Positions 35,524-47,166 of a stretch of 53,605 bases of DNA are shown here, one piece after another. The notes below the pieces were generated by a model. It searched no databases. It was not told the DNA's origin and worked only from the letters and a program-made list of their open reading frames with translations. The stretch comes from Piromyces finnis finn. Its lineage: Eukaryota; Fungi; Neocallimastigomycota. The first letter of the stretch is position 1; the number at the start of each line of letters is the position of its first letter. The DNA lies in contig MCFH01000106.1 in NCBI GenBank assembly GCA_002104945.1, forward strand, positions 1-53,605, in the 5' to 3' direction. The position numbers and the translations under genes are program-made.

Positions 35524-35932
35524 TGTAAAGAACTAATGTTCAATAAATAAAAACACAAATATATAAAAAGGAAAATAATAAAAGCAAATAAAAATTTTAT
35601 TATTGAACACTTAACAAAATTATAACAGGTTAGTGTTTAATAATTTTATTTTTATTATAAAATTTCTTTGTTAATAAAAACTCGAATTCCAAATAATTTT
35701 TTGAGAAATTTCACTCGTATTTATATAAATGTTTTTAAAAGTAAATTTATAAAAATTTTACAACTTAATTTTTTAAGCCAATCAGAAATTATCTTCTTTG
35801 GTAAAATTTCGTTATAAAATATTTTAATAATTAAAAAAAAGATATTAATGAGGTTTCGAACTCGAGTAGTTCAAACCAAGGTCTTAGTTACTAACCACTA
35901 AGACAGGTTACTAATTTCTATGATTCGTTACA
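35524..35932 (-). repeat. 3' LTR of element E with a tRNA-like A/B-box module in U3
   Basis: TGTAACGAATC...CTTTACA; A box TGTCTTAGTGG 35905-35895, B box GTTCGAAAC 35861-35853, T8 run 35840-35833. Confidence 0.92.
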
Positions 35933-36029
35933 TGGTCCTCCTCCAGGATTCGGATACCAGACGAATCAACTAAATTTATTTGTTACTTTATTATAAAAGA
36001 AATAATTGAAACGAGTGAATACATTTTGA

Positions 36030-36072
<43 letters not shown>

Positions 36073-36176
36073 TGAATATTAAATTATAAATATATTTTTT
36101 CATTTTCTATTTTCTATTTTCTATTCTCTTTTTCTCTTATCAATTACTAATTTTTTTTTTAAATTAATAACTATTA

Positions 36177-39100
36177 CTAATGTGAATTATTAAAGTTGTT
36201 AATTAGTTCATCGCAGTTTAAATTACTTTCAGGTTCCCAAGATGCTTCTGAAAGCGGATAACCTTTACATTTTATTAGATATTGAATCTTCCCATAATGC
36301 TTTCTTTTATCAAGTATTTCTTCTACTTCGTATTCTTCTTCTTCATTTACTATTATAGGTGGAGGTGGATCTTTGATTCTTCCAAAACTATCTTCATAAT
36401 ACGGTTCTAGGTTTGAAACATGAACAATTGGGTAAATCTTCAGCGATTTTGGTAATTCTAATTTATAAGTGAGATTAGAGATTTTACTAATTATCCTAAA
36501 CGGGCCAAGTTTCCTAGGATTAAATTTTTTATTTCCTTTATGAATTATCAAGGAGCTATCCAACCATACTTTGTCACCAGTCTTGAATGTCGGAGGTTCT
36601 TGTCTATACTTGTCGGCGTATTTCTTTTGAACTTGGATGGCCTTCTTTAAGTTTTCTTTTAGTTTCTCCATTAGGTCTTCAAAGTCTCTTGTAAATTCTT
36701 CAGCTCTTGGAACATTCGTTTGGTCAGGAATTACCGGAGAGTATTTTGGGTGATAACCATAATTTAGGAAGAATGGTGAGAATTTTGTTGAGTCTTGAAC
36801 AGCATTATTGTAACTGAATTCTGCCAATGGAAGAAAGTTGATCCAGTTTGTTCCTTTATAATTAGAAAAGCATCTTAAATATTGTTCAACAACGGAGTTT
36901 ACCCTCTCCGTTTGGCCATTGGATTGATGATGATATGGTGAAGAATATTTAACATTGACGTCCAAAGATTGGCAAATAGATTTCCAAAATTTCGAAGTGA
37001 ATTGCGCGCCTCTATCGGAAATAATTTCAGAGGGGAGACCGTGAATTTTGAAAATATAATTCAAAAAAGCAAAAGCAGTATCAGAAGCAGAAGGAATACC
37101 TTTAAAGGGAATGAGGTGGCACATTTTAGTAAGGCGGTCAACTACAACAAGAATAGTGTTAAATCCATCCGAAGGAGGGAGGTCAGTAATGAAATCCATA
37201 GAAATAGAAGCCCAAGGATGGTCACTAATCTCAAGGGGTTGAAGTAAACCATATGGTTTATGACGAGAAGGCTTGGAGCGGCAACAAATCTCGCAAGATC
37301 GGATATAATTCTTAACATCAATAGAAATGGATGGCCACCAAAAGTCACGAGAGATCAAAGAAATAGTTTTGCGGATACCAAAATGACCGGCAGAGGGGGA
37401 ATCATGACAGAGTTTCAAAACGGAGGGACGGCATTTTAAAGGGACATAGATTCTATTATCAAAAAGAAGAAAACTATTACTAAGAGAGAATTTATTACTT
37501 TGTGGATGTGGAGCTGGGAGATTCTTATTTTCAAGAAAATTGCAAATGTCAATGTAAAAAGAGTCGTTCACATATTCAGATAATATTTCATCATTAAGAG
37601 AAGAAATGGAACAAATCAAAGCGCAGAAATTCTCAGGGCGTAAAACCGAAAAAGGAGCATCAGAAGGAAGAGAGGAATCTATATAATCAGGTCTTCGTGA
37701 AAGCGCATCAGGTTTACCATTTGATGAACCAGAGCGGTAGAGAATTTTAAAGTTAAATTCGGAAAGGAAAAGGGCCCAACGAACGAGACGTTGTGACATT
37801 TTTTCCGGTTTCTTTTGATATAGTAAGTTTCGATGATCTGAATAAATAGTAAACGGGGTTAAAGCACCTTTGAGAAAATGTCGCCAAGTCTCAAGAGCAT
37901 TAACAATAGCTAAAAGTTCTTTATCGTATATAGGATAGTTTCTTTCAGCGGAAGTAAGAGATCTTGAATAGAAAGCGACAGGATGGATCATTTTATCATC
38001 AGGAGATTTTTGAGACAGAACTGCTCCTATAGCAAAGTTGCTAGAGTCGGTTTCAACAATAAAGGGAAGATCACGATTTGGATGAGACAGGATGGGAGCA
38101 GATGAAATTAATGATTTAATGGTATTAAATGCATCAAGAACTTCAGAGGAAAAATCAAATTTAACGTTTTTACGAAGTAGTCTGTGAAGGGGTTGTGCAA
38201 CTTTGGCAAAATTAGGAATAAACCGACTATAGTAGTTGGCTAGGCCAATAAAAGATTGAACTTCCTTGACACTGGACGGAACTGGCCAATTAATAATAGC
38301 AGAAACTTTATTGGGGTCCATATGTACACCTTCAGAGGATATCCGATGACCAAGGAAATCAATAGAGAAAACAAAGAATTCACACTTTTCAAGCTTAGCA
38401 TAAAGACCAGCATTTCTTAAGCGATCCAGGACTTCGATAACGTGCTTAATGTGGAATTTATGGTTTTCAGAAAAAATAATTAAATCGTCAATATATGAAT
38501 AAACAAAAATCCCTAGAATATTTTCCAGAACATCATTGATAAAATGCTGAAAAACAGCCGGGGCGTTTTTCAGTCCGAATGGCATTACCAGGTATTCAAA
38601 GTGGCCGAATTTGCAGGTGAAAGCTGTTTTATATTCATCACCCTTTTTGATTCGGACCAAGTTATATGCTGATCGTAAATCCAATTTTGAGAAGATTTTC
38701 GCTTTACCAAGATGCTCTAGCATATCTTGAATCAGAGGTAGAGGATAGGAATCTCTAATGGTAATTTTGTTGAGTTCCCTATAATCTTGACAAAGACGGA
38801 GTTCACCATTCTTTTTAGGGACGAAAAGTACAGGCGCACCAGCAGGAGATTTGGATTTCCTAATGAAACCCTTTTTGAGGTTTTCATCGATATAATCCTT
38901 CAAAACTCTTGTTTCTTCGTCTGTTAGTGGGTAGATTGGTCCATAAAATAGCTTGGCATTTTCGATTAGGTTTATTTGGCAATCATAAGGACGATGAGGT
39001 GGTAATTGATCAGCAGAAGATTCGCTAAAGACGTCCATATATGATTCTAATTCCTTCGGAAGTTTAGTAATAGGATTTGAGTCTTTAAGAGAGTTTTTTG

Positions 39101-40541
39101 GTGAATAAGAATCAACTTTAGAAAGAGATATATTAGAAGCCATGACAGTACAAGTCTCTTGTGATAAAGGATCGTTAACAGATTCATTGTTAATTAAGAC
39201 GGATTTAGAACGATTTTCTTTGGGATTACGAGAATGAGATAACTTAGAATTTGAAAAAGAAGATTTAGGTTTGTCAATAAAAATAGGCAAAGAAACGGAA
39301 GAAGAGATATTGCAATCAGTAGAAAAAACAGAAGTTTCCTGATGGAATTCGGGAACATTTGAAGGGAGAGTCATACAATGATCCAAGCAATATGAAGAAC
39401 CAAAAGATAATTTATTATTTTCAAAGTCAATACTTGGGTTATGTTCCTTAAGCCAACGTAGACCTAGAATACAAGGATATACAGGTAGATCAGTAACGTA
39501 AAAGACAGTACGGCATAGGTGATCCATGTAGCGAAGATTAAGAGGTGGAGTAACTCCGAACAGTTTTTGGCTACCACCAATACCGAATACGTTGGGTAAA
39601 TCTTCTTCATAGTGGTAGGGAATATTGTGATCGTTGCAATAGTCGACATCTATTAGATTAAGTGTAGAAACGGAGTCTATAAGAATTTTTGTGTCTAGTT
39701 CAAACGATAGTTTAAAATTTGAGGTTACCCTATCTTGTTGATTTTTCTTGGAATTGGTAGAATTATTTTGTAGAGAAACTAAAGATTCGAATGCTGAGTT
39801 TTTATTTCTTCTCTTATGACAATCTTTCAGTTGGTGTCCTGGAGATCCACAATAGACACATAAGTTTTCCTTACTTCTTCTTTCTTTTTCTTCCTTGGAT
39901 AACGGACCAAAGTATCTTTTCTTCTTGGGATGTTCTTTTAGATTTGTGGAAGCCTTTCTGGAGCCATTGCTGGAATTAGAACTTGGTCCCTTAGAATTTT
40001 TGTCAAAAAATAATCCCCTGGTAGCAAGTCTGGAGTCTATTCTAGCTGCAATAGTTTGGAGGGAAAACAAATCTCTTGGTCCTGGGAACATCTCTAATAT
40101 CTTCATTGCAACTTCTTGGTTGAGCCCAGCGATAAAAGCATCCATCTTAGCCTCTTCATTCCAGTTAGATTCATCAGAGTATTTGTTAAATTCAAGGATG
40201 TATCCTCTGATGCCGCCCAAACGATGTTGCTTGAGAGTACGTAGCATTTGATTGGCTACGTAGACTGCATCATTGTTCCCATAGAACGCCTTTAGTCTTT
40301 CCTTGAATGCTTGGTAGTTGGTCAGACATGGATCATGGTTGTCAATAAGCGTAGCGGCCCAATTTAATGCATTTCCATAAAGGCGAGAAATCAAGTAGAT
40401 AACCTTGCTCTCTTCATCTTGATATCTTTCGGGATAAAGGAGAAAAACAAGTTCTATTTTGGCTAAGAAACCTTTGAGATATTTTCTGTCTCCTGCGAAA
40501 CCGTCTTTTAGTGAGGCGTTATCAAATATTTGTCCTTCCAT
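36177..40541 (-). CDS. Gag-Pol polyprotein, 1454 aa, with chromodomain; protease motif reads DSV instead of DSG
   Basis: CVYCGSPGHQLKDC; ILIDSVST; YIDDLIIFS; CHDSPSAGH..CEIC; DFIT/SDRGAQF/TERVN; [12 protein letters not shown]. Confidence 0.96.
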   Translation of the reverse strand: MEGQIFDNASLKDGFAGDRKYLKGFLAKIELVFLLYPERYQDEESKVIYLISRLYGNALNWAATLIDNHDPCLTNYQAFKERLKAFYGNNDAVYVANQMLRTLKQHRLGGIRGYILEFNKYSDESNWNEEAKMDAFIAGLNQEVAMKILEMFPGPRDLFSLQTIAARIDSRLATRGLFFDKNSKGPSSNSSNGSRKASTNLKEHPKKKRYFGPLSKEEKERRSKENLCVYCGSPGHQLKDCHKRRNKNSAFESLVSLQNNSTNSKKNQQDRVTSNFKLSFELDTKILIDSVSTLNLIDVDYCNDHNIPYHYEEDLPNVFGIGGSQKLFGVTPPLNLRYMDHLCRTVFYVTDLPVYPCILGLRWLKEHNPSIDFENNKLSFGSSYCLDHCMTLPSNVPEFHQETSVFSTDCNISSSVSLPIFIDKPKSSFSNSKLSHSRNPKENRSKSVLINNESVNDPLSQETCTVMASNISLSKVDSYSPKNSLKDSNPITKLPKELESYMDVFSESSADQLPPHRPYDCQINLIENAKLFYGPIYPLTDEETRVLKDYIDENLKKGFIRKSKSPAGAPVLFVPKKNGELRLCQDYRELNKITIRDSYPLPLIQDMLEHLGKAKIFSKLDLRSAYNLVRIKKGDEYKTAFTCKFGHFEYLVMPFGLKNAPAVFQHFINDVLENILGIFVYSYIDDLIIFSENHKFHIKHVIEVLDRLRNAGLYAKLEKCEFFVFSIDFLGHRISSEGVHMDPNKVSAIINWPVPSSVKEVQSFIGLANYYSRFIPNFAKVAQPLHRLLRKNVKFDFSSEVLDAFNTIKSLISSAPILSHPNRDLPFIVETDSSNFAIGAVLSQKSPDDKMIHPVAFYSRSLTSAERNYPIYDKELLAIVNALETWRHFLKGALTPFTIYSDHRNLLYQKKPEKMSQRLVRWALFLSEFNFKILYRSGSSNGKPDALSRRPDYIDSSLPSDAPFSVLRPENFCALICSISSLNDEILSEYVNDSFYIDICNFLENKNLPAPHPQSNKFSLSNSFLLFDNRIYVPLKCRPSVLKLCHDSPSAGHFGIRKTISLISRDFWWPSISIDVKNYIRSCEICCRSKPSRHKPYGLLQPLEISDHPWASISMDFITDLPPSDGFNTILVVVDRLTKMCHLIPFKGIPSASDTAFAFLNYIFKIHGLPSEIISDRGAQFTSKFWKSICQSLDVNVKYSSPYHHQSNGQTERVNSVVEQYLRCFSNYKGTNWINFLPLAEFSYNNAVQDSTKFSPFFLNYGYHPKYSPVIPDQTNVPRAEEFTRDFEDLMEKLKENLKKAIQVQKKYADKYRQEPPTFKTGDKVWLDSSLIIHKGNKKFNPRKLGPFRIISKISNLTYKLELPKSLKIYPIVHVSNLEPYYEDSFGRIKDPPPPIIVNEEEEYEVEEILDKRKHYGKIQYLIKCKGYPLSEASWEPESNLNCDELINNFNNSH

Positions 40542-41249
40542 TAAAATTAAAAAATATAATTGTTTGAAAATAAAAATTATGTAAATAAGATAAAGTTATG
40601 TTTGAAGAAATTAAGAAAGAAAAAAAAAAAAAAAATTAAATCTTTATTATTATTTATTGATTAAAATATTTTAAATATAGACAAAGAGTCAAATTAAATA
40701 GTATTGGACCATCAAATATTTAATTTTATTAGTATTCAATACTAGGTCCCTTGTAGCTCTTTGTTGATAACGTAGATATTATCAATTGTTAATATTGGAA
40801 ATGAAAATTTTCAATAAAAGGAATTAACGGTATTAGTTTCTTTATTGTCACTTACTTAATTAAGCGGAAAGAAAAAAATAGGTTTAATTCCCCGATTATT
40901 AATAATATCTAAACAACAAAGTATTACGTATAGGTGTCCAACTATCCACGCTAAGGGAGTTATTGAATCCTAACTTCTTTGTTATTTTATTATATTTTTC
41001 AAAAAATAATAAATAAAATTTAATTTTATTTATTAAAAGTAGAAAACGTTTTATTAGAAAATGAATTTTTTCTTTATTATTAAATTAAGCGTCCTGGCGC
41101 TCCCCTTATAATAACTGTGGGTTTTACTTTTGTTTTCAGTACCCTTATTGTTAAAATAAGCTTCACTGACTTACTTAATTTTTTAATAAATTAAAAATTC
41201 TTCCTTTTTTAAACACTAAGGTGTTATTATATATTTTAGGAGTTTTTAT

Positions 41250-41650
41250 TGTAAAGAACTAATATTCAATAAATAAAAACACAAATATATAAAAAGGAAA
41301 ATAATAAAAGCAAATAAAAATTTTATTATTGAACACTTAACAAAATTATAACAGGTTAGTGTTTAATAATTTTATTTTTATTATAAAATTTTTTTGTTAA
41401 TAAAAACTCGAATTAAAAATAATTTTTTGAGAAATTTCACTCGTATTTATATAAAAATTTTTAAAAGTAAATTTATAAAAATTTTACAACTTAATTTTTT
41501 AAGCCAATCAGAAATCATCTTCTTTGGTAAAATTTCGTTATAAAATATTTTAATAATTAAAAAAAGATATTAATGAGGTTTCGAACTCGAGTAGTTCAAA
41601 CCAAGGTCTTAGTTACTAACCACTAAGACAGGTTACTAATTTCTATGATT
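41250..41650 (-). repeat. 5' LTR of element E (terminal bases displaced to 42647-42657)
   Basis: Direct repeat of 35524-35925; A box 41630-41620, B box 41586-41578. Confidence 0.92.
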
Positions 41651-41651
41651 T

Positions 41652-42145
41652 TGTAAGAAATATTTGTGGCCATAAGTTTGCCCACAAATATTTCAATTGA
41701 AACCATATATTCTGGTCACCATTTATTGGCCAGATATATATAACCATATATTAATGGTTATTAATTAAATAGGAAGTTTATTTCCTTTACCCAATCAAGT
41801 GGTAAAGAAAATAAACTAATATAGTTAAATAGTGTAATTAAAACTAACGTTAAATACTTTAGCGTTAGTATTAAAGTAAATTAATAGCTATAATAATAAT
41901 TAATGTATTATAATTATAATAAATAAATAAAAGATATAATTAAAATATAATTATTTAAGTAAAAGTTATTTCATAAAATATTTATATAAGTGTTTATATT
42001 TATTTTAGTGTTATAATATTTATTTTCTTTCTTTTATTATTTTTTATAAAACTTTATTTAGTTATTAACTCGTATAGAGAGGTAATAACTAACTTAATTA
42101 ACTAATTAGTAACTTATTAACTAATAATATAAAAAACCTTTTACA
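41652..42145 (+). mobile_element. Solo LTR (later insertion), TSD GATTT
   Basis: TGTAAG...TTTACA; GATTT at 41647-41651 and 42146-42150. The TSD includes the first base of the neighbouring LTR. Confidence 0.88.
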
Positions 42146-42149
42146 GATT

Positions 42150-42646
42150 TGTAAGAAATATTTGTGGCCATAAGTTTGCCCACAAATATTTCAATTGAAA
42201 CCATATATTCTGGTTAACATTTATTGGCCAGAAATATGCATAACCATATATTAATGGTTATTAAATAAATACAAAGTTTATTTACTTCACCCAATCAAGT
42301 GGTCTAGTAAATAAACTATTATAGTTAAATAGTATAGTCTAAACTAACGTTAAATACTTTAGCGTTAGTATTAAAGTAAATTAATAGCTATAATAATAAT
42401 TAATGTATATAATTATAACTAATAAATAAAAGATAATAATTATAAATAATTATTTAAGTAAATAATATTTCATATTAATATTTATTTGTTTTATATTTAT
42501 TTTTGTGTTATAATATTTATTTTAGTTCTTTTATTATTTTTTATAAAACTTTATTTAGTTATTAACTCGTATAGAGAGGTAATAACTAACTTAATTAACT
42601 TGTTATATTTAACCTATTAACTAATATATAATAAAAACCTTTTACA
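42150..42646 (+). mobile_element. Solo LTR (earlier insertion), same family, TSD TGATT
   Basis: TGTAAG...TTTACA; TGATT at 41646-41650 and 42647-42651. Confidence 0.88.
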
Positions 42647-42653
42647 TGATTCG

Positions 42654-44129
42654 TTACAGTCCATAAAAAAGTTTAGAGTCCGGCTTAAGACGGATTTCAC
42701 AGTCGTATTGCCTATGAGGCAGCAATTGTTCAGCGGCTTTTTCATTAAATACATCTTCAAAGGCTTGAAGTTCAGCAGGAAGAATAACTTCTTTATTGTT
42801 TGTAGGCTTGATGGTGGAATCGTGATTTTTTGGAGGACTTTTTGTTAAATCATGGATATAAGAATTTGTTGAAGTGCTACAAGAAGGTTTGGAATCATTA
42901 GAAATAGAAGAAATAACATAAGTAGGGGCAACGTTAGGAATAACAGAGTAATGTGACAGACAGAAATTTGAATTAAAAGATAATTCTTTTTCAACGAAGT
43001 TAATATTAGGGTTGTGTTGATGTAGCCATTCAGAACCTAAGATGCCGCAATATCCCGGAAGGTCTACGATATAGAATATAGCTTTACATTGGTGGTTTTT
43101 GTATTTGATCGAAATTGGGATAGATTTACCTAAGATTTGTTGTTCCCCACCAATGCCGGAGATTTTGTTGAAAGAGACGGATTTATCAAAAGGAATATTA
43201 TTTTCTTCGGCAAAGACCACATCTAGTAGGTTAAGTTGGGATCCTGAATCAATTAGTAATTTAGTATTCACGGAGACGTCGGAAGTATTGAGTTGGAAAT
43301 CAAAGACTGGCTGTTTCAGATTGGGGTTATCGGAGAATCTTATTCTAGGCTTCTTTTCAGGCATAGTGTTAGAAATATGAGTCCCAGCTGATTTTTCATT
43401 TTTATTTCTTTTTGGGCAGTTATTTAACTTATGATCAGGAGAACCACAATACAGGCAGAGATTTTCCTTAATTCTTCTAGCTTTTTCTTCTGAGGAAAGC
43501 GGTCCATAAGTTTTCTTATTTCTAGAAGTGCAAGGTTTTCTATTTGCTTCAGTTCTTCGGTTTTGAGTAGTGTTAATAGAATGATTGTTGTTGAAAAATC
43601 TTCTATTGGTATCGATTCTAGAATCGATTCTTGATGCAATAACTTGTAAATTTAGCAACGTTTGTGGACCGGGAAACATTTCTAAAATCCTATTGGCGAC
43701 TTGATCTTGTAGTCCAGCTAAGAAGGCATCCATTTTCGCACTTTCGTTCCAAGAAGAGTCATCGGAGTATCGGTTAAATTCAAGAATATATTTTTGAATC
43801 TCACCGATTTTCCTTTGCTTTATAGTTCGAAGTTTTTGATTAGCCACAAACGTTGAGTCGTTGTCACCAAACACAGATTTAAGCTTGGCAACGAATGAGT
43901 CATAATTTAGTAGGCATTCGTCATGGTTGTGAATTAATGATGCAGCCCAATTTAAGGCTTCACCATATAGTCTCGAAATGATATAAACAATTTTTGCTTC
44001 GTCATCCGCGTAACGCTCTGGGTAGACCATAAAGATTAATTCTATTTTAGCGAGAAAACCCTTAAAGAAACGACGATTTCCAGCGAAACCATCCTTCAAT
44101 GTAGCATTATTCATCAATTCTTCATCCAT
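42654..44129 (-). pseudogene. Truncated Gag-protease (element C)
   Basis: Homologous to the N-termini of elements B and E; CLYCGSPDHKLNNC; LLIDSGS; ends ...SKLFYG at the element E LTR. Confidence 0.9.
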
Positions 44130-44885
44130 TTTCTTTATTTTATTTTATTGATAATATCTAATTTTAATTTAATTTAATGAGTATAATGTATCCAAAAGAA
44201 TCCAAAAACAAAATCCAAAAGAGTCCAAAAGAGTTCAAGAGAGTTCAAGAGAGTTCAAGAGAGTTCAAGAGAGTTCAAGAGAGTCCAAGAGAGTTCAAGA
44301 GAGTTCAGTAAGTTAAAAAAAAAATATAACAAATTAATCAAGGTAAAGGGAATATGTTACAACCGGTGTTTTTATTGTAACGTGTATCTATATAAAAATT
44401 TACTAATATATGAATTAATAAAATTTATATAGAAAAATATTATTTATTTCCCTATAGGTTGATATAATTTGTTTAATTTTATTAGAAAATTTTTTTATTA
44501 TTAATTATTTTTATTTTTAAAAATTAAAGTTACAAGTTAATAAAAACACACCATTTAATTTTTTGATTCAAACCACTTCTATTTATACTTTTTTTAAATC
44601 TGAAGTGGCTAAATAAAAAATTAAATTTTCTTTCGAAATTATTCTTTAAATTAATTAAAAATTACATAAAATGAATCCCGTGATAAAAATACAATAAATA
44701 TTTAATTTTTCGAATATTCGAACTTATTCTTTTTTCGAATAAGTTCTATAAGTCATAAATTAAATTGTTAAATAAATAATTTAAAATAAAATTTAGATCA
44801 GGGTGTGAGACGAACCCGAGTGATAGATTGATATCTTAAATACTAACCATTAAGACAATATTAAATTTCTAATAGATTCGTTACA
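42658..44885 (-). mobile_element. 5' part of Ty3/gypsy element C, truncated by element E
   Basis: 5' LTR 44376-44885 with A/B module (44857-44807); self-priming PBS 44375-44366 vs 44549-44540; gag-protease ORF cut at the start of RT. Confidence 0.88.
44221..44307. repeat. 10-bp tandem repeat (GAGTTCAAGA)n, ~9 copies, in the element C leader
   Basis: Directly visible. Confidence 0.95.
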
Positions 44886-46027
44886 GAAATAAATTTAATT
44901 AAAAAATAATTTTATTAATAAGGTTAACTGTCACGAATACTAATGAAATTACAATTTCAAGATCACTAGAAATTGTGAAATCACTTATGAAATTTCAAAA
45001 TCAACAAATATTTTATTTTCAAATAAATTATAAAATTTTATTAAGAAATATTTAAAAATTTAGAAAAGGTTAAAATATGACCTTAACCCTTAATAATTTT
45101 TATAATAAATAACTTTAACCCTTATCGTTAAAATGGAATAAGGAAAAACACGCGTATCTCCTCAACGAATGACGATTTTTGAATAATAATATTTTGGTTA
45201 TAATTACGTTCGTTAGAAAGCCACGCTCGAGACAAACAACATATCTTAAAATCAGGTCAATATCTCTGCTGGTTCACGAGATATTCCAATTTAAAGATAT
45301 TTTGTTAGCAATGATTAATTGTTTATTCAGAGAATGATCACCCCTGATGTATCAAACATAAATCATTCACTCAAAATATAAAAATTATTGTTTAATTGAA
45401 TTAAAATTATTTTCCGGAACTAATTAACTTTATTTTATAATAATTATTTCAACAACATAATTTATAATCTTTGAACTAGAAGATTATAATTATTAATATT
45501 ATATTCAATGAATTATATTATAATTAAGAAATAATTAATATTATGAATATTATAAACAATAGTTATTTTTTAATAATTAGGAATAAGTCTTAAGTTTAGT
45601 TTAAGTATTATAAAATATATTATGAATATAATCATGTATTGAAAAGTTATTTTATTATTAAATGTAAAATTACAAATAGTATAAATAGTTTAGAATAGTT
45701 ATGAAATTAAAATCTTTGTAAAGATTATTAACTATAAATTATTAACTATAGATTATTAACTAGAAATTATTAACTATTAATAATAATTAATACTTAATGA
45801 ATACTACTAAATAATCTTATTATTATATATTTTAGCAATATATTATTAAATAAAATAAAAGAAATTATTTTAACCATAATATATAATTTAATTATTCATT
45901 TATAAATCAATTAAGATTATTTTAATAAAACATTTTTTTTTCTAACCTAGTTATCTTTTAACCTTTTATTTAATTTAATATTTTAATATTAAATTATAAG
46001 TTTAGTAAAACTTTTACATTAACAAAG

Positions 46028-47166
46028 TGTGAAGATATTAACTGGATTTAAAACAAATTCAGATAATATCTATAATTAATTAAACATAATAATTATAATT
46101 AAATAATTTCAATAATTATTTTAAAACACTTTTAAAAGTCACCTTTTAAATTTTGATTCAGTGAAAGGGTTATGATTTCAAAAATTTAATATCAATACAC
46201 TATAACCCTTAGCCAAAAATAAGCAAGTACGAAATAAGGCGTAACTCGCCAAAAACGATCGCTACCGCCTTTAAATATAGTTTTGAAACTAGGTTTATTG
46301 GAAAGCTTAGGAAGAAAGCTACAATTTGGTACAATCGCGGTCCTTCTAACTGATCATTTAAGGAAGTTATGATCATTTAAAGATTTTAATAGGTAAATTA
46401 AAATCAATATGATATCAAGTATGGATCATAAATATTTCTTATGCCTTGATGAAATTAAAAATATATCAATAGGAATTTTAGTTATATTAATTTAATTAAT
46501 GATAACGACTGTTACTAAAAATAGAACTAGACCCATTTAGGTGTAACAGTTAACACCTATAAATTAAATAATCTTAATTATTATAAAATAGGTTAACGGA
46601 AAGTTTTATTAGAAATAATTTTTAAAATAATAATTATTTAATTATAACAAATATGTTATGTTAATATCAGTTAATAATGATGAATTATTAATTGAATAGT
46701 TTTTATAATTACTAATTAGGATCAACTGTTTAAATGATTAATCATATGTTTATTTTATTTTATGTCATGACAAACAAACAAACAAACAATCTTATTACTA
46801 ATTTAATTATATTATTAATATATTACATGTAATACTTTATTCTTATTAATATCAATTTAATAATCTGAACAAAGAATATAAAAAGAGAATGAATTGAATT
46901 CGATTTTAATTCTTTGTAAAGATTATAGTTATAATCTTAATTATATAGTTACTAAATATAATATCATTTATATTATTATTATTAAATAAATAAAAATTTA
47001 TAAAAAGTTATTTTAAAAGTAAATATAAATTTTTCATTTGGAAGTTTAAAGTGTTATTTTATAATCAAATCTAATTATAATCAAATCTAATTCCTTAACA
47101 AACATCTTTATTATATAATTAATAATATTCTGACCTGACTGCATAACCAAACCAGAAAACATAACA
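46028..47166 (+). mobile_element. Solo LTR of the element A family (no TSD)
   Basis: Reverse complement of 13737-14865 with scattered substitutions and indels. Confidence 0.88.

Larger units (their letters stand above)
35524..42657 (-). mobile_element. Ty3/gypsy chromovirus element E (full ORF; 5' LTR interrupted by two solo LTRs; flanks lack a matching TSD)
   Basis: 3' LTR 35524-35932; 5' LTR 41250-41650 plus 42647-42657; self-priming PBS 41249-41240 complementary to 41409-41400; hairpin and PPT at 35967-35936. Confidence 0.93.

Noticed and set aside
44221-44307. CRISPR-like or telomeric interpretation of the tandem arrays
   Set aside because: No unique spacers, no cas genes, and the arrays are internal to retroelement leaders.
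46310-46350. TGGTACAATCG A-box-like word and GC-richer patch in the element A family LTR (possible 5S or tRNA capture)
   Set aside because: No B box at the expected distance and no recognisable 5S rRNA similarity.
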